Shown here piece after piece: positions 1 through 7,959 of a stretch of DNA of 62,855 bases (the first letter of the stretch is position 1; each line of letters starts with the position of its first letter). The translations under genes and the position numbers were made by a program. The notes under the pieces were generated by a model. The model searched no databases. It was not told where the DNA came from and saw only the letters and a list, made by a program, of their open reading frames with translations. The stretch is from Klebsiella pneumoniae (GTDB lineage: Bacteria; Pseudomonadota; Gammaproteobacteria; Pseudomonadales; CAMAPQ01): NCBI GenBank assembly GCA_945860125.1, contig CAMAPQ010000002.1:1-62855 (forward strand). The letters run 5' to 3'.

Positions 1-5
1 TCTAA

Positions 6-270
6 CCTTTTAATATCCAAGCCTTCCATGCGCCTCTCCCGTTTTCAGCAGCAATCATAAATGCCAAGCATAAAACCGTGAAGATACCACTAACGTTACA
101 TATTTAAAATAAAAGATGGCAATTTAAGGGGCGCTCAATGTGGGTTTAATGCTCTTTCTGAAAAATCCGAACAACAAATTAAACTACTCCAAGAACGCCG
201 CACCGCCCTTATCTCTGCCGCCGTCACCGGTAAAATTGATGTGCATGATTGGCAGGAAGCGAGAGCGTGA
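6..270 (+). pseudogene. hsdS: 3' end of type I restriction-modification specificity subunit (HsdS), apparently disrupted
   Basis: Frame 1 (94-270) translates to ...[37 protein letters not shown], the conserved HsdS C-terminal helix/tail. The same frame has stops at 58-60, 79-81 and 91-93. Frame 3 is open over 6-104, so a frameshift or truncation lies near 94-104. The gene body would lie upstream of the window. Confidence 0.55.
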
Positions 271-284
271 AAAACAGCAAGTAT

Positions 285-489
285 CCGTCATTCCCGCGAA
301 GGCGGGAATCCAGTTTTTTAAGTGATAAATATGAAGGCTGTTTAATATCTTCTTTGGGCTTTGTATCGAATGATTGACGTAAGTACAAGAGATTTTCTGG
401 ATTCCCGCCTTCGCGGGAATGACGGATGCCGGCTCATTTGCATCGAATGTATTTTATATTAGCGCTTATGCGCCTTCGCGGGAATGACG
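285..489. repeat. Cluster of three REP-like palindromic units (core CATTCCCGCGAAGGCGGGAATC)
   Basis: Units are ccgtcattcccgcgaaggcgggaatccag (285-313), its inverted copy ctggattcccgccttcgcgggaatgacgg (397-425), and a partial third gcgccttcgcgggaatgacg (470-489). Each unit is self-complementary. They produce the spurious VIPAKAGIQ peptide in ORF 140-325. Confidence 0.8.
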
Positions 490-551
490 AAAAAGTGCTG
501 TTTTTTAACTGAAAAATGCATTTTATTTTGCTAAAGAAGGAATAAACACCA

Positions 552-917
552 ATGCCTAACTACCACCCCCCCTTCACGCTCACCCCAGAGCTCTTGGGTT
601 TAGTAGCCGATATTGCCGAACAAATTGGCCGCTTAACAGAGCGGCAAACGCTCAATAAAAGCCTAGCGCTGAGGCGCATTAATCGTATTCGCACCATTCA
701 AGGTTCGGAGAAAAGTTCGGGGATCAGTTCGGAGAAAATATTAGCTTTAATTGCCAAAGACACCCGCATCAGCGCCAAAGCCTTAGCTGAAAAATTAGGG
801 GTATCGTCACGCACGATAGAAAAGCAGCTTGCCAAACTGAAAGCCGCAGGTAAGCTCAGCCGCATTGGTGCAGCCAAGGGTGGGTATTGGCAAGTCAATA
901 ATAAATTGAAAAATTGA
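552..917 (+). CDS. Fic-family remnant: Fic N-terminal region fused directly to the C-terminal winged-HTH, with the catalytic core missing
   Basis: The N-terminus PPFTLTPELLGLVADIAEQIGRL...LRRINRIRTIQGS matches the Fic_N region. The C-terminus KILALIAKDTRISAKALAEKLGVSSRTIEKQLAKLKAAGKLSRIGAAKGGYWQV is the usual wHTH tail. No HxFxxGNGR motif is present, and 121 aa compares with about 350-400 aa expected. Confidence 0.6.
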   Translation: MPNYHPPFTLTPELLGLVADIAEQIGRLTERQTLNKSLALRRINRIRTIQGSEKSSGISSEKILALIAKDTRISAKALAEKLGVSSRTIEKQLAKLKAAGKLSRIGAAKGGYWQVNNKLKN

Positions 918-966
918 ATATTTCGTTCATAATATGAATATATTTTGTTATTTCATGGGTGGATTT

Positions 967-2238
967 ATGTTAATCGAGTTTCGGGTGAAAAATTTTCGTA
1001 GCCTCCGCGATGAACAAACCCTGAGCCTTGTGGCGTCAAGCGATAAGACGCTACTCGACACCCATACCATTAGTACTCAGCTCAAGGCCGCCCCACACTT
1101 GTTAAAAAGTGCAGCCGTTTATGGCGCAAATGCCAGCGGAAAATCAAATCTTATTAAGGCATTGCAGTACATGCGTGGCGTCGTGCTAGAGTCTGCCAGC
1201 TTACAACCAGGCCAAACTTTTGATCGGCTCCGGCCCTTTAAACTAGATGCAACTTCTGCTCAGCAACCAACAGAATTTGAAGTCACTTTTCTCTTAGAGG
1301 GTATTCGCTACCAGTATGGGTTTAGCATGACAGAGCAACGTATCATCAGTGAGCATTTGCTAGTATATAAGGCTTTTAAGCCTCAGCGCTGGTTTGATCG
1401 TTATTTTGATGCACAGAGTGCTAAAGACATCTATGAATTTGGCCCCAATTTGAAAGGTGCTAAAAATGTATGGGAAGGCGCCACGCGACCCAATGCTTTA
1501 TTTCTATCGATGGCCGTACAGCTAAATAGCGAAGCGCTGCTACCTGTTTTCAACTGGTTTGCTCACCAACTCATCATCTTTAACGAGCAATCTCCACTCT
1601 CACCCTATTTTTCTGTGGAAATGCTTAAACAAGAAACCACTCGCAAAAATATATGTCATTTCATGCAAGCTGCTGACATCAGCATTACAGATATTGAAGT
1701 GAAAGCACATAAAACAACAGGAAAAGCAGTGCACTTTGATTTAGCCGCCAGCAAAGCAGAAGTGCGACCAGAAGAGAGAGAAGAATATAAGCTTTACTTT
1801 CACCATGTGACAAAACAGGGTAAAGCTATTTTCGATATGGCAGATGAATCAAGCGGCACCCGTAACTTGCTCTTTTTTGCAGGACCCATCTTAGATATTC
1901 TGAGTAAAGGGCTGACCCTTGTAGTCGATGAATTAGATACCAGCCTACATCCTTTACTGGTACAAGCATTGGTTCGACTCTTTCACCAGCCAGAAATTAA
2001 TGGGAGTGGCGCACAGCTGATATTAACTACCCACGATACATCATTGCTAGATGCCTATGGCCTTTTTCGGCGTGATCAAATCTGGTTTGTCGAAAAAAAT
2101 TCAGATCAAAGCTCTGTACTGTATCCACTACTCGACTTCAGCCCACGAAAAAAAGAAGCACTAGAACGCAGTTACTTACAAGGCCGCTATGGTGCGTTGC
2201 CTTTTCTACTAGATCAGTCGTTAGGAGTTCGGCACTAG
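967..2238 (+). CDS. AAA-family (AAA_15/AAA_21, ABC-like) ATPase, RloA/AbiLi-like
   Basis: MLIEFRVKNFRSLRDEQTLSL is the SMC/OLD-like N-terminus. Walker A is GANASGKSNLIKAL and Walker B is LVVDELDTSLHP, followed by LILTTHDTSLL. The ORF track starts at 934; the Met at 967 fits the family N-terminus better. Confidence 0.75.
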   Translation: MLIEFRVKNFRSLRDEQTLSLVASSDKTLLDTHTISTQLKAAPHLLKSAAVYGANASGKSNLIKALQYMRGVVLESASLQPGQTFDRLRPFKLDATSAQQPTEFEVTFLLEGIRYQYGFSMTEQRIISEHLLVYKAFKPQRWFDRYFDAQSAKDIYEFGPNLKGAKNVWEGATRPNALFLSMAVQLNSEALLPVFNWFAHQLIIFNEQSPLSPYFSVEMLKQETTRKNICHFMQAADISITDIEVKAHKTTGKAVHFDLAASKAEVRPEEREEYKLYFHHVTKQGKAIFDMADESSGTRNLLFFAGPILDILSKGLTLVVDELDTSLHPLLVQALVRLFHQPEINGSGAQLILTTHDTSLLDAYGLFRRDQIWFVEKNSDQSSVLYPLLDFSPRKKEALERSYLQGRYGALPFLLDQSLGVRH

Positions 2239-2921
2239 TGGGGCGAGATCATCAGCCAAAAGCAAGACAACTTGCTCGGCAGGAGAAAAAAGAAAATCTC
2301 CACGAAAGTTACCCTCGTATTCTGATCGTTTCAGAAGGTAGCAAAACTGAACCTTTGTACTTTAGAAACCTTTGCGCGGAATTCCGATTGCCTGCAACAA
2401 AAATTATCGTAAAACCTTGCGAATCTGGCACGGCTCCCATTCAGGTCGTGAAATACGCCATAGAGCTTTTTAAAAAAGGCGATGCTAAAAAAGGCATTCG
2501 CCCCAAAAGCTTTGATCAAATATATGCGGTATTTGATCGAGATGACCATGAGAGTTATCATGACGCACTACAAATAGCAGCTTCAAACAATGGCAAGCTT
2601 AGTAACGATGAGAAGCAGCAAATCCCCTTTAAAGCGATTGCTTCAGTGCCTAGTTTTGAACTGTGGTTGTTACTGCACTACCAAGATGTTCAGGCTCCAG
2701 TACGTCGCGATGAAGTAATGCGCCGCCTTAAAAAGCATATCCCAGATTACACGAAGGGCTATAGCGGTGCCTTTGCAATGACTTGGCAGCACTCGAACAT
2801 TGCTAAAGAACGCGCTGAACGTTTAGCCGCTCGATTTACGGCAAAAGACGAACCAGAACCATTCACTGCTATTTTTGAACTGGTCAAAGTATTAACCACT
2901 ATTCGTAGATCCGATCCGTAA
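2238..2921 (+). CDS. RloB-like protein (Toprim-like, AbiLii-like partner of the upstream ATPase)
   Basis: Has RILIVSEGSKTEPLYF (conserved Glu) and VFDRDDHES (DxD-type acidic motif). The GTG start overlaps the upstream TAG stop (TAGTG), consistent with translational coupling. Confidence 0.75.
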   Translation: MGRDHQPKARQLARQEKKENLHESYPRILIVSEGSKTEPLYFRNLCAEFRLPATKIIVKPCESGTAPIQVVKYAIELFKKGDAKKGIRPKSFDQIYAVFDRDDHESYHDALQIAASNNGKLSNDEKQQIPFKAIASVPSFELWLLLHYQDVQAPVRRDEVMRRLKKHIPDYTKGYSGAFAMTWQHSNIAKERAERLAARFTAKDEPEPFTAIFELVKVLTTIRRSDP

Positions 2922-2940
2922 TACGCACAGGAAACCCAGA

Positions 2941-5900
2941 ATGGCAGACCAATCAGCAGAAACCATCTTTCAAAACGATATGATTGAGCAACTGCTAGCC
3001 AATGGTTGGTTGCTAGGAAAGTCAGCGCATTATGATCGAAAGCTCGCATTATATAGCGAAGATGTCATCGGTTTTATTCAAGAAACACAAGAGGCACAAT
3101 GGCAAAAATATTGTGCGCTTTACCCTCATGATACGACAGAAAAATTATTAGCCTTAGTTGCCAATCAATTAAACAAAGCGGATATCAATGCAACGCACAA
3201 GGATACACGTACTTTTGGCACGCTGGGCGTATTACGGCATGAATTGCGTGATCGAAACGTGCGTTTTCGCCTGTGTGAATTCAAACCAGAACACACTTTA
3301 AACCCAGACACTTTAACGCGTTACCACAAAAACAGGCTGCGCCTTGTGCCTGAGTTAGTCTATAGCCCATGGGCGACAGAGGCGCATTTGGCAGAAACCG
3401 GAAGCAAAGCCAAAAATTGGCGCATTGATTTAGTATTGTTTGTAAATGGCTTACCAATTGTCACCTTAGAATTAAAATCAGAATTTAAACAATCAGCCTA
3501 TAACGCAATTAAGCAATACAAAACCACACGCCTACCAATTGACCCTGCCACTAAAAAACCAGAACCACTTTTGAGCTTTAAACGCGGGGCCCTTGTGCAC
3601 TTTGCCGCAAGCCAATATGAAGTGTTTATGACAACAAAACTGGCCGGTGAAAACACTTACTTTTTACCCTTTAATAAAGGCACTAAAGAGGGAGCTGCCG
3701 GTAACGATGTACCGGATGAGATAACACGTTACGCCACTGACTATTTATGGAATGAAGTTTTACTGCCTGAAAATATATTAAATATATTAGGCCGTTTTGT
3801 GCATTTACACATTGAAGAAAAAGAAGATGATGCGGGGCGAAAAAGTAAAAAAGAAAGCATGATTTTCCCTCGATTTCATCAGTGGGATGTGGTCAACAAA
3901 TTAATGTTTGCGGCAAAAACTGAAGGCGCAGGTCACAAATATTTAATTCAACACAGTGCCGGTTCAGGCAAATCAAATTCGATTGCGTGGGTAGCGCATC
4001 AACTCTCTTCACTTTACGATGAAAAAGGCAATAAAAAATTCCACTCGGTGATTGTGGTGACAGATAGAATCGTGCTCGATGCACAATTACAAGATACTAT
4101 TTATCAATTTGAACATACTGATGGCGTGGTGGGCCGCATTAATCGCGATGAAGGCGAAGGCTCAAAATCAGAAAAACTAGCCACCGCACTGCAAAACGCC
4201 CAACCGATTATTATCGTCACCATTCAAACTTTTCCCTTTGTACTCAAAGCCATTGAAAATAGCGTAACGCTTAAAACACGCTGCTATGCCGTGATTGCCG
4301 ATGAAGCGCACTCATCGCAAACAGGCTCCACCGCACGCAAGCTAAAAGAAGTATTAATGATTGAGGCGAAAGAAGAAGACGAAGAGTTAAGTGCAGAAGA
4401 TATTATTGCAGCCACGGTTGCTTCGCGCCGTGCCTCAAATAATTTAAGCTATTTTGCTTTTACCGCGACCCCCAAAGCAAAAACACTAGAACTCTTTGGC
4501 CGCCTAGCCAATCCACAAGAGGCGCCTTCCGTTACAAATAAACCACAGGCTTATCACGTTTACAGTATGCGCCAAGCGATTGAAGAAGGCTTTATTTTGG
4601 ATGTGTTGAAAAATTATACCAACTACAAAGTGGCTTATAATTTGGCACAAAAAATTCAAGATCGTGAACAAGAGGTGGATAGCAAAAAAGCCCGCGTAAA
4701 ATTAAACCAGTGGGTTCGTTTGCATGATCACAATATTGCCCAAAAAGTGATGATCATTATTGAACACTTTAAAATGCATGTGATGCATTTACTCAATGGC
4801 CAAGCTAAGGCTATGGTCGTGACGGGATCACGCAAAGAAGCGGTGCGTTACAAGCTCGCCTTTGATCGCTATATTTTAGATAAAGGGTATCAAAAAATGT
4901 ATGCAATGGTTGCTTTCTCAGGCGAAGTAATCTTTTCAGAGAAAGACCCAAATAGCATGGACCTTCTCGGTGAGAAATTTACCGAAAACAATATGAATCT
5001 TCAGCTTAAAGGGCGCGATATGCGTAAGGCTTTTGATTCACAAGATTATCAAGTGATGATTGTGGCCAATAAATTTCAAACCGGTTTTGATCAGCCCAAA
5101 CTATGCGCAATGTACGTTGATAAAAAATTAGGCGGCGTTGATTGCGTACAAACGCTCTCGCGTTTAAATCGCACTTACCCAGGCAAAGAAACCACCGGCA
5201 CTTTTATTTTAGATTTTTTTAATAATCCAGAAGAGATTCTCTTAGCGTTTCAGCCCTACTATCAAACCGCAGAACTAGAGGATGTTTCTGATCCTAATTT
5301 AATTTTTCAACTGTATGATAAATTGCGTGCAGAAGGTATTTTTACCTGGCATGAAGTTGATCAATTTTGCACTTATTTTTACGAGGCGAATAAATCAAAT
5401 GCCGCGATTGCCAACCTCTGTAAACCTGCCCTACAGCGCTGGAAAATGCGTTATCAATCGGCAGTAGATACCTGTAAACAAGCTAAGGAAATGCTTGAGC
5501 AAATCAAAAAAACACACGATGCGGTTTTAATAGCCAATGCAGAAAATAGCCTAAAAGAGTGCCAAAAAGAAAAAAATGCACTTGAGATTTTCAAAAAAGA
5601 CTTGGGTAGTTTTGTGCGTTTTTATGAGTTTATGTCGCAAATTGTCGATTATGACGATACCAATTTAGAAAAGCTGTGTATCTATGCGCGCGCACTGCGC
5701 CCCATGCTGCGAGAAGCACTGATTGAAGAGGATGATATTGATTTGAGCAATGTTGTATTGAGTCACTATCGGGTATCAAAAATGCGAGCCCAACAGTTAA
5801 AGCTCACAGATAATAACGGCGAAAACCAACTCAAACCCAATGAAGATTTAGGCTCAGCAAAGCCAAAGGATAAAAATGAAATGTTTTTATCTGAGATCAT

Positions 5901-6195
5901 CGCCCGCCTTAATGAGCTCTTTATTACCGATCAGTTAACGACTGCCGATATGGTGAACTACGCCTACACCATTCGCGATAAAGTCAGTGAAAATAAATTA
6001 GTGATGACGCAAATTGCAAATAACTCACCAGAACAGGCGATGTTAGGTGATTTCTCAAAAGCCATTGATGATGCAATTTTAGATAGCAGCACAGCGCATC
6101 AAAATCAAATGATGCAACTATTGTCAGACCCCATAAAATCAGCGGCTTTTACCAAAGTTGTTTTTGATTTATTAGCATTTGCACAGCCAAAATAA
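2941..6195 (+). CDS. hsdR: Type I restriction endonuclease subunit R
   Basis: 1084 aa. Contains an HsdR N-terminal nuclease region, helicase motif I QHSAGSGKSNSIAW, motif II VIADEAHSSQTG (DEAH), and a long helical C-terminus. An AGGA Shine-Dalgarno lies at about 2930. Confidence 0.9.
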   Translation: MADQSAETIFQNDMIEQLLANGWLLGKSAHYDRKLALYSEDVIGFIQETQEAQWQKYCALYPHDTTEKLLALVANQLNKADINATHKDTRTFGTLGVLRHELRDRNVRFRLCEFKPEHTLNPDTLTRYHKNRLRLVPELVYSPWATEAHLAETGSKAKNWRIDLVLFVNGLPIVTLELKSEFKQSAYNAIKQYKTTRLPIDPATKKPEPLLSFKRGALVHFAASQYEVFMTTKLAGENTYFLPFNKGTKEGAAGNDVPDEITRYATDYLWNEVLLPENILNILGRFVHLHIEEKEDDAGRKSKKESMIFPRFHQWDVVNKLMFAAKTEGAGHKYLIQHSAGSGKSNSIAWVAHQLSSLYDEKGNKKFHSVIVVTDRIVLDAQLQDTIYQFEHTDGVVGRINRDEGEGSKSEKLATALQNAQPIIIVTIQTFPFVLKAIENSVTLKTRCYAVIADEAHSSQTGSTARKLKEVLMIEAKEEDEELSAEDIIAATVASRRASNNLSYFAFTATPKAKTLELFGRLANPQEAPSVTNKPQAYHVYSMRQAIEEGFILDVLKNYTNYKVAYNLAQKIQDREQEVDSKKARVKLNQWVRLHDHNIAQKVMIIIEHFKMHVMHLLNGQAKAMVVTGSRKEAVRYKLAFDRYILDKGYQKMYAMVAFSGEVIFSEKDPNSMDLLGEKFTENNMNLQLKGRDMRKAFDSQDYQVMIVANKFQTGFDQPKLCAMYVDKKLGGVDCVQTLSRLNRTYPGKETTGTFILDFFNNPEEILLAFQPYYQTAELEDVSDPNLIFQLYDKLRAEGIFTWHEVDQFCTYFYEANKSNAAIANLCKPALQRWKMRYQSAVDTCKQAKEMLEQIKKTHDAVLIANAENSLKECQKEKNALEIFKKDLGSFVRFYEFMSQIVDYDDTNLEKLCIYARALRPMLREALIEEDDIDLSNVVLSHYRVSKMRAQQLKLTDNNGENQLKPNEDLGSAKPKDKNEMFLSEIIARLNELFITDQLTTADMVNYAYTIRDKVSENKLVMTQIANNSPEQAMLGDFSKAIDDAILDSSTAHQNQMMQLLSDPIKSAAFTKVVFDLLAFAQPK

Positions 6196-6281
6196 ATAAA
6201 ATAACCTGAGCTAAGCTCAAGGGCTTCACCCTTCAACATAATCCAAAAATCCTTTTTTTTCTTCCCTTTGCGACATATCTC

Positions 6282-7508
6282 CTAGCTTTTTTTTCTGTTG
6301 CGATTACTTGTTAAATCATTGTAAGTTTGTATGCCATATCTATTTATAATATGGTTTTTGAAACGCACACAGTGAAATTGATTTTTAATATCATTTTCTG
6401 CTCTTTTTGATCCGAAAATTTCCTGTGATATTTGGGTCCAACGCTTACCATATTTTTCTATACCTGTTTTTATTTGATCATATTCATTATCGCTAAAGGG
6501 CGTTTTATTTAATATAGGATTTAAATGATTTACCCACCTCTCTCTAATTGCTTTAGGCGCATGCTGAGGAATCAATTCAGATAAATGAGACCACTGCCGA
6601 GATTCTTCTGCGCTGGCTTGATCTAATTTTGACTTTTCAGCAATTAATAATCTGTCGTCTTCTATAGTCCAAGATTTTGAGTGATGTGCTAGCTGCGAAG
6701 TTTGATGCTCGATAGGTGCTGCGGCTGGCTTCTGGTCGTTATCGTCCTCAGCAACATTATCCAACAATAGATTCAAAGATGGGTTATTACGAAGCGTTGG
6801 CATGTTATGGTCTTCGCTAAAACAATCTAAAAATATATTCAAATAGGGATAGTTAAGAAGCTCGCGCATGTGATCATCTTCGTTACTAGTCGCTAAAGAT
6901 ACAGGAATGGTTTCAATATCTTGGTGATTGTCGAGCAAAGCATATTGAGAAATGTGGGCGCTTTTATTTTCTGTGCTAGTAGTTTCATTTTTTGGCCGCT
7001 TGCTTCTTAAGTCTCGAATGGTTTGTGCTATTTTGAGTATTGCACGCTCATCATGTACTTCATAATAAAGGCTATCTTGTTTATTTTGCTGTAAAAATCG
7101 TCTACGTGGTATGGTGCTATGCACCTCTTGTAAAAGATCCAACCAAATTTGCTTTTTTTCAGATTTTTTCAATTGTGCATGAGTTTGAAAATCAATAGGT
7201 GCAACAGTTGGCGAGCCGTGCGTGATTAAATCTCTCAAATGAGTATTGCCGAAATGCGCACTAATGCTACCTCCACGACCAAGTAATATATCGCCACTTT
7301 GAACTGATTGAATACCTGTAGCATAGGGTTGTGATGTACAGAGTCGCGCTCCCCTAAGAGTGGCGGCATTTACAGTGCTGAGCTGAGTTTTTGTTTTTTT
7401 ATTGCTATCTAAAGGTTGAATTCCATTAAGAACAGACTGACTATCTAGAGCACGTTTTTTTTCATGTCCGCCATTCTCATGGGATGATTGAGAAACTTTG
7501 TTTAACAT
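6282..7508 (-). CDS. Eukaryotic-like protein with two C-terminal Myb/SANT repeats (R2R3-like); candidate secreted nucleomodulin
   Basis: WTIEDDRLL...RQWSHLSELIPQHAPKAIRERWVNHLNPILNKTPFSDNEYDQIKTGIEKYGKRWTQISQEIFGSKRAENDIKNQFH parallels c-Myb R2R3 (...CRERWHNHLNPEVKKTSWTEEEDRII...[24 protein letters not shown]). The N-terminal 270 aa are unassigned. Confidence 0.7.
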   Translation of the reverse strand: MLNKVSQSSHENGGHEKKRALDSQSVLNGIQPLDSNKKTKTQLSTVNAATLRGARLCTSQPYATGIQSVQSGDILLGRGGSISAHFGNTHLRDLITHGSPTVAPIDFQTHAQLKKSEKKQIWLDLLQEVHSTIPRRRFLQQNKQDSLYYEVHDERAILKIAQTIRDLRSKRPKNETTSTENKSAHISQYALLDNHQDIETIPVSLATSNEDDHMRELLNYPYLNIFLDCFSEDHNMPTLRNNPSLNLLLDNVAEDDNDQKPAAAPIEHQTSQLAHHSKSWTIEDDRLLIAEKSKLDQASAEESRQWSHLSELIPQHAPKAIRERWVNHLNPILNKTPFSDNEYDQIKTGIEKYGKRWTQISQEIFGSKRAENDIKNQFHCVRFKNHIINRYGIQTYNDLTSNRNRKKS

Positions 7509-7628
7509 AACTATAATAAACCTATATTGTTTTAATCTGAGATCAACGTATTTTTCTTTTAAAAACAGGTGCTTCCAAGTAAATTAGGCAGGTCTTGCCA
7601 AGAGAACTAGCAAGCAAGAAAGTGCCAC

Positions 7629-7790
7629 ATGAGACTAACAGAACTTTTCTGCAATATAGATGATTTTTGCAAAAAATTTGAGCCAACTTTAAAACAAAAC
7701 CTCGTAACTTTCAACCTTAAAAAATAGCCTAAAACTAAATTATCTATGAGTGAAATCATGATAATCGTCATCCATTTCAATAGAAAAAAC
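7629..7790 (+). pseudogene. IS982-family transposase N-terminal remnant
   Basis: MRLTELFCNIDDFCKKFEPTLKQNL...(TAG at 7725-7727)...KLSMSEIMIIVIHFN matches the conserved IS982 N-terminus (LTELFC.vDDFC ... LS.SEIMTI.I.FH). It has an in-frame stop and no downstream transposase body. Confidence 0.55.
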
Positions 7791-7959
7791 CTTCTCTTAA
7801 TATTCAGCGTTCAGAGCTTATTCCTATATATTTTTAAGCGTCGAGCTCAGCTTAATTAAAACTTCATGCGTAGCCCACTACAGCATAAGCAGCTGCCTAG
7901 TTGCGCAACTGCTCTGCCAAGTTGATACGGAGCCCTATTCTGACTTTGATGGGCTTGCC

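Noticed and set aside
140-325. 61-aa ORF ([13 protein letters not shown]...VIPAKAGIQFFK)
   Set aside because: It is out of frame with the recognisable HsdS tail it overlaps. Its C-terminus (VIPAKAGIQ) is the translation of a REP hairpin, so it is a classic spurious ORF.
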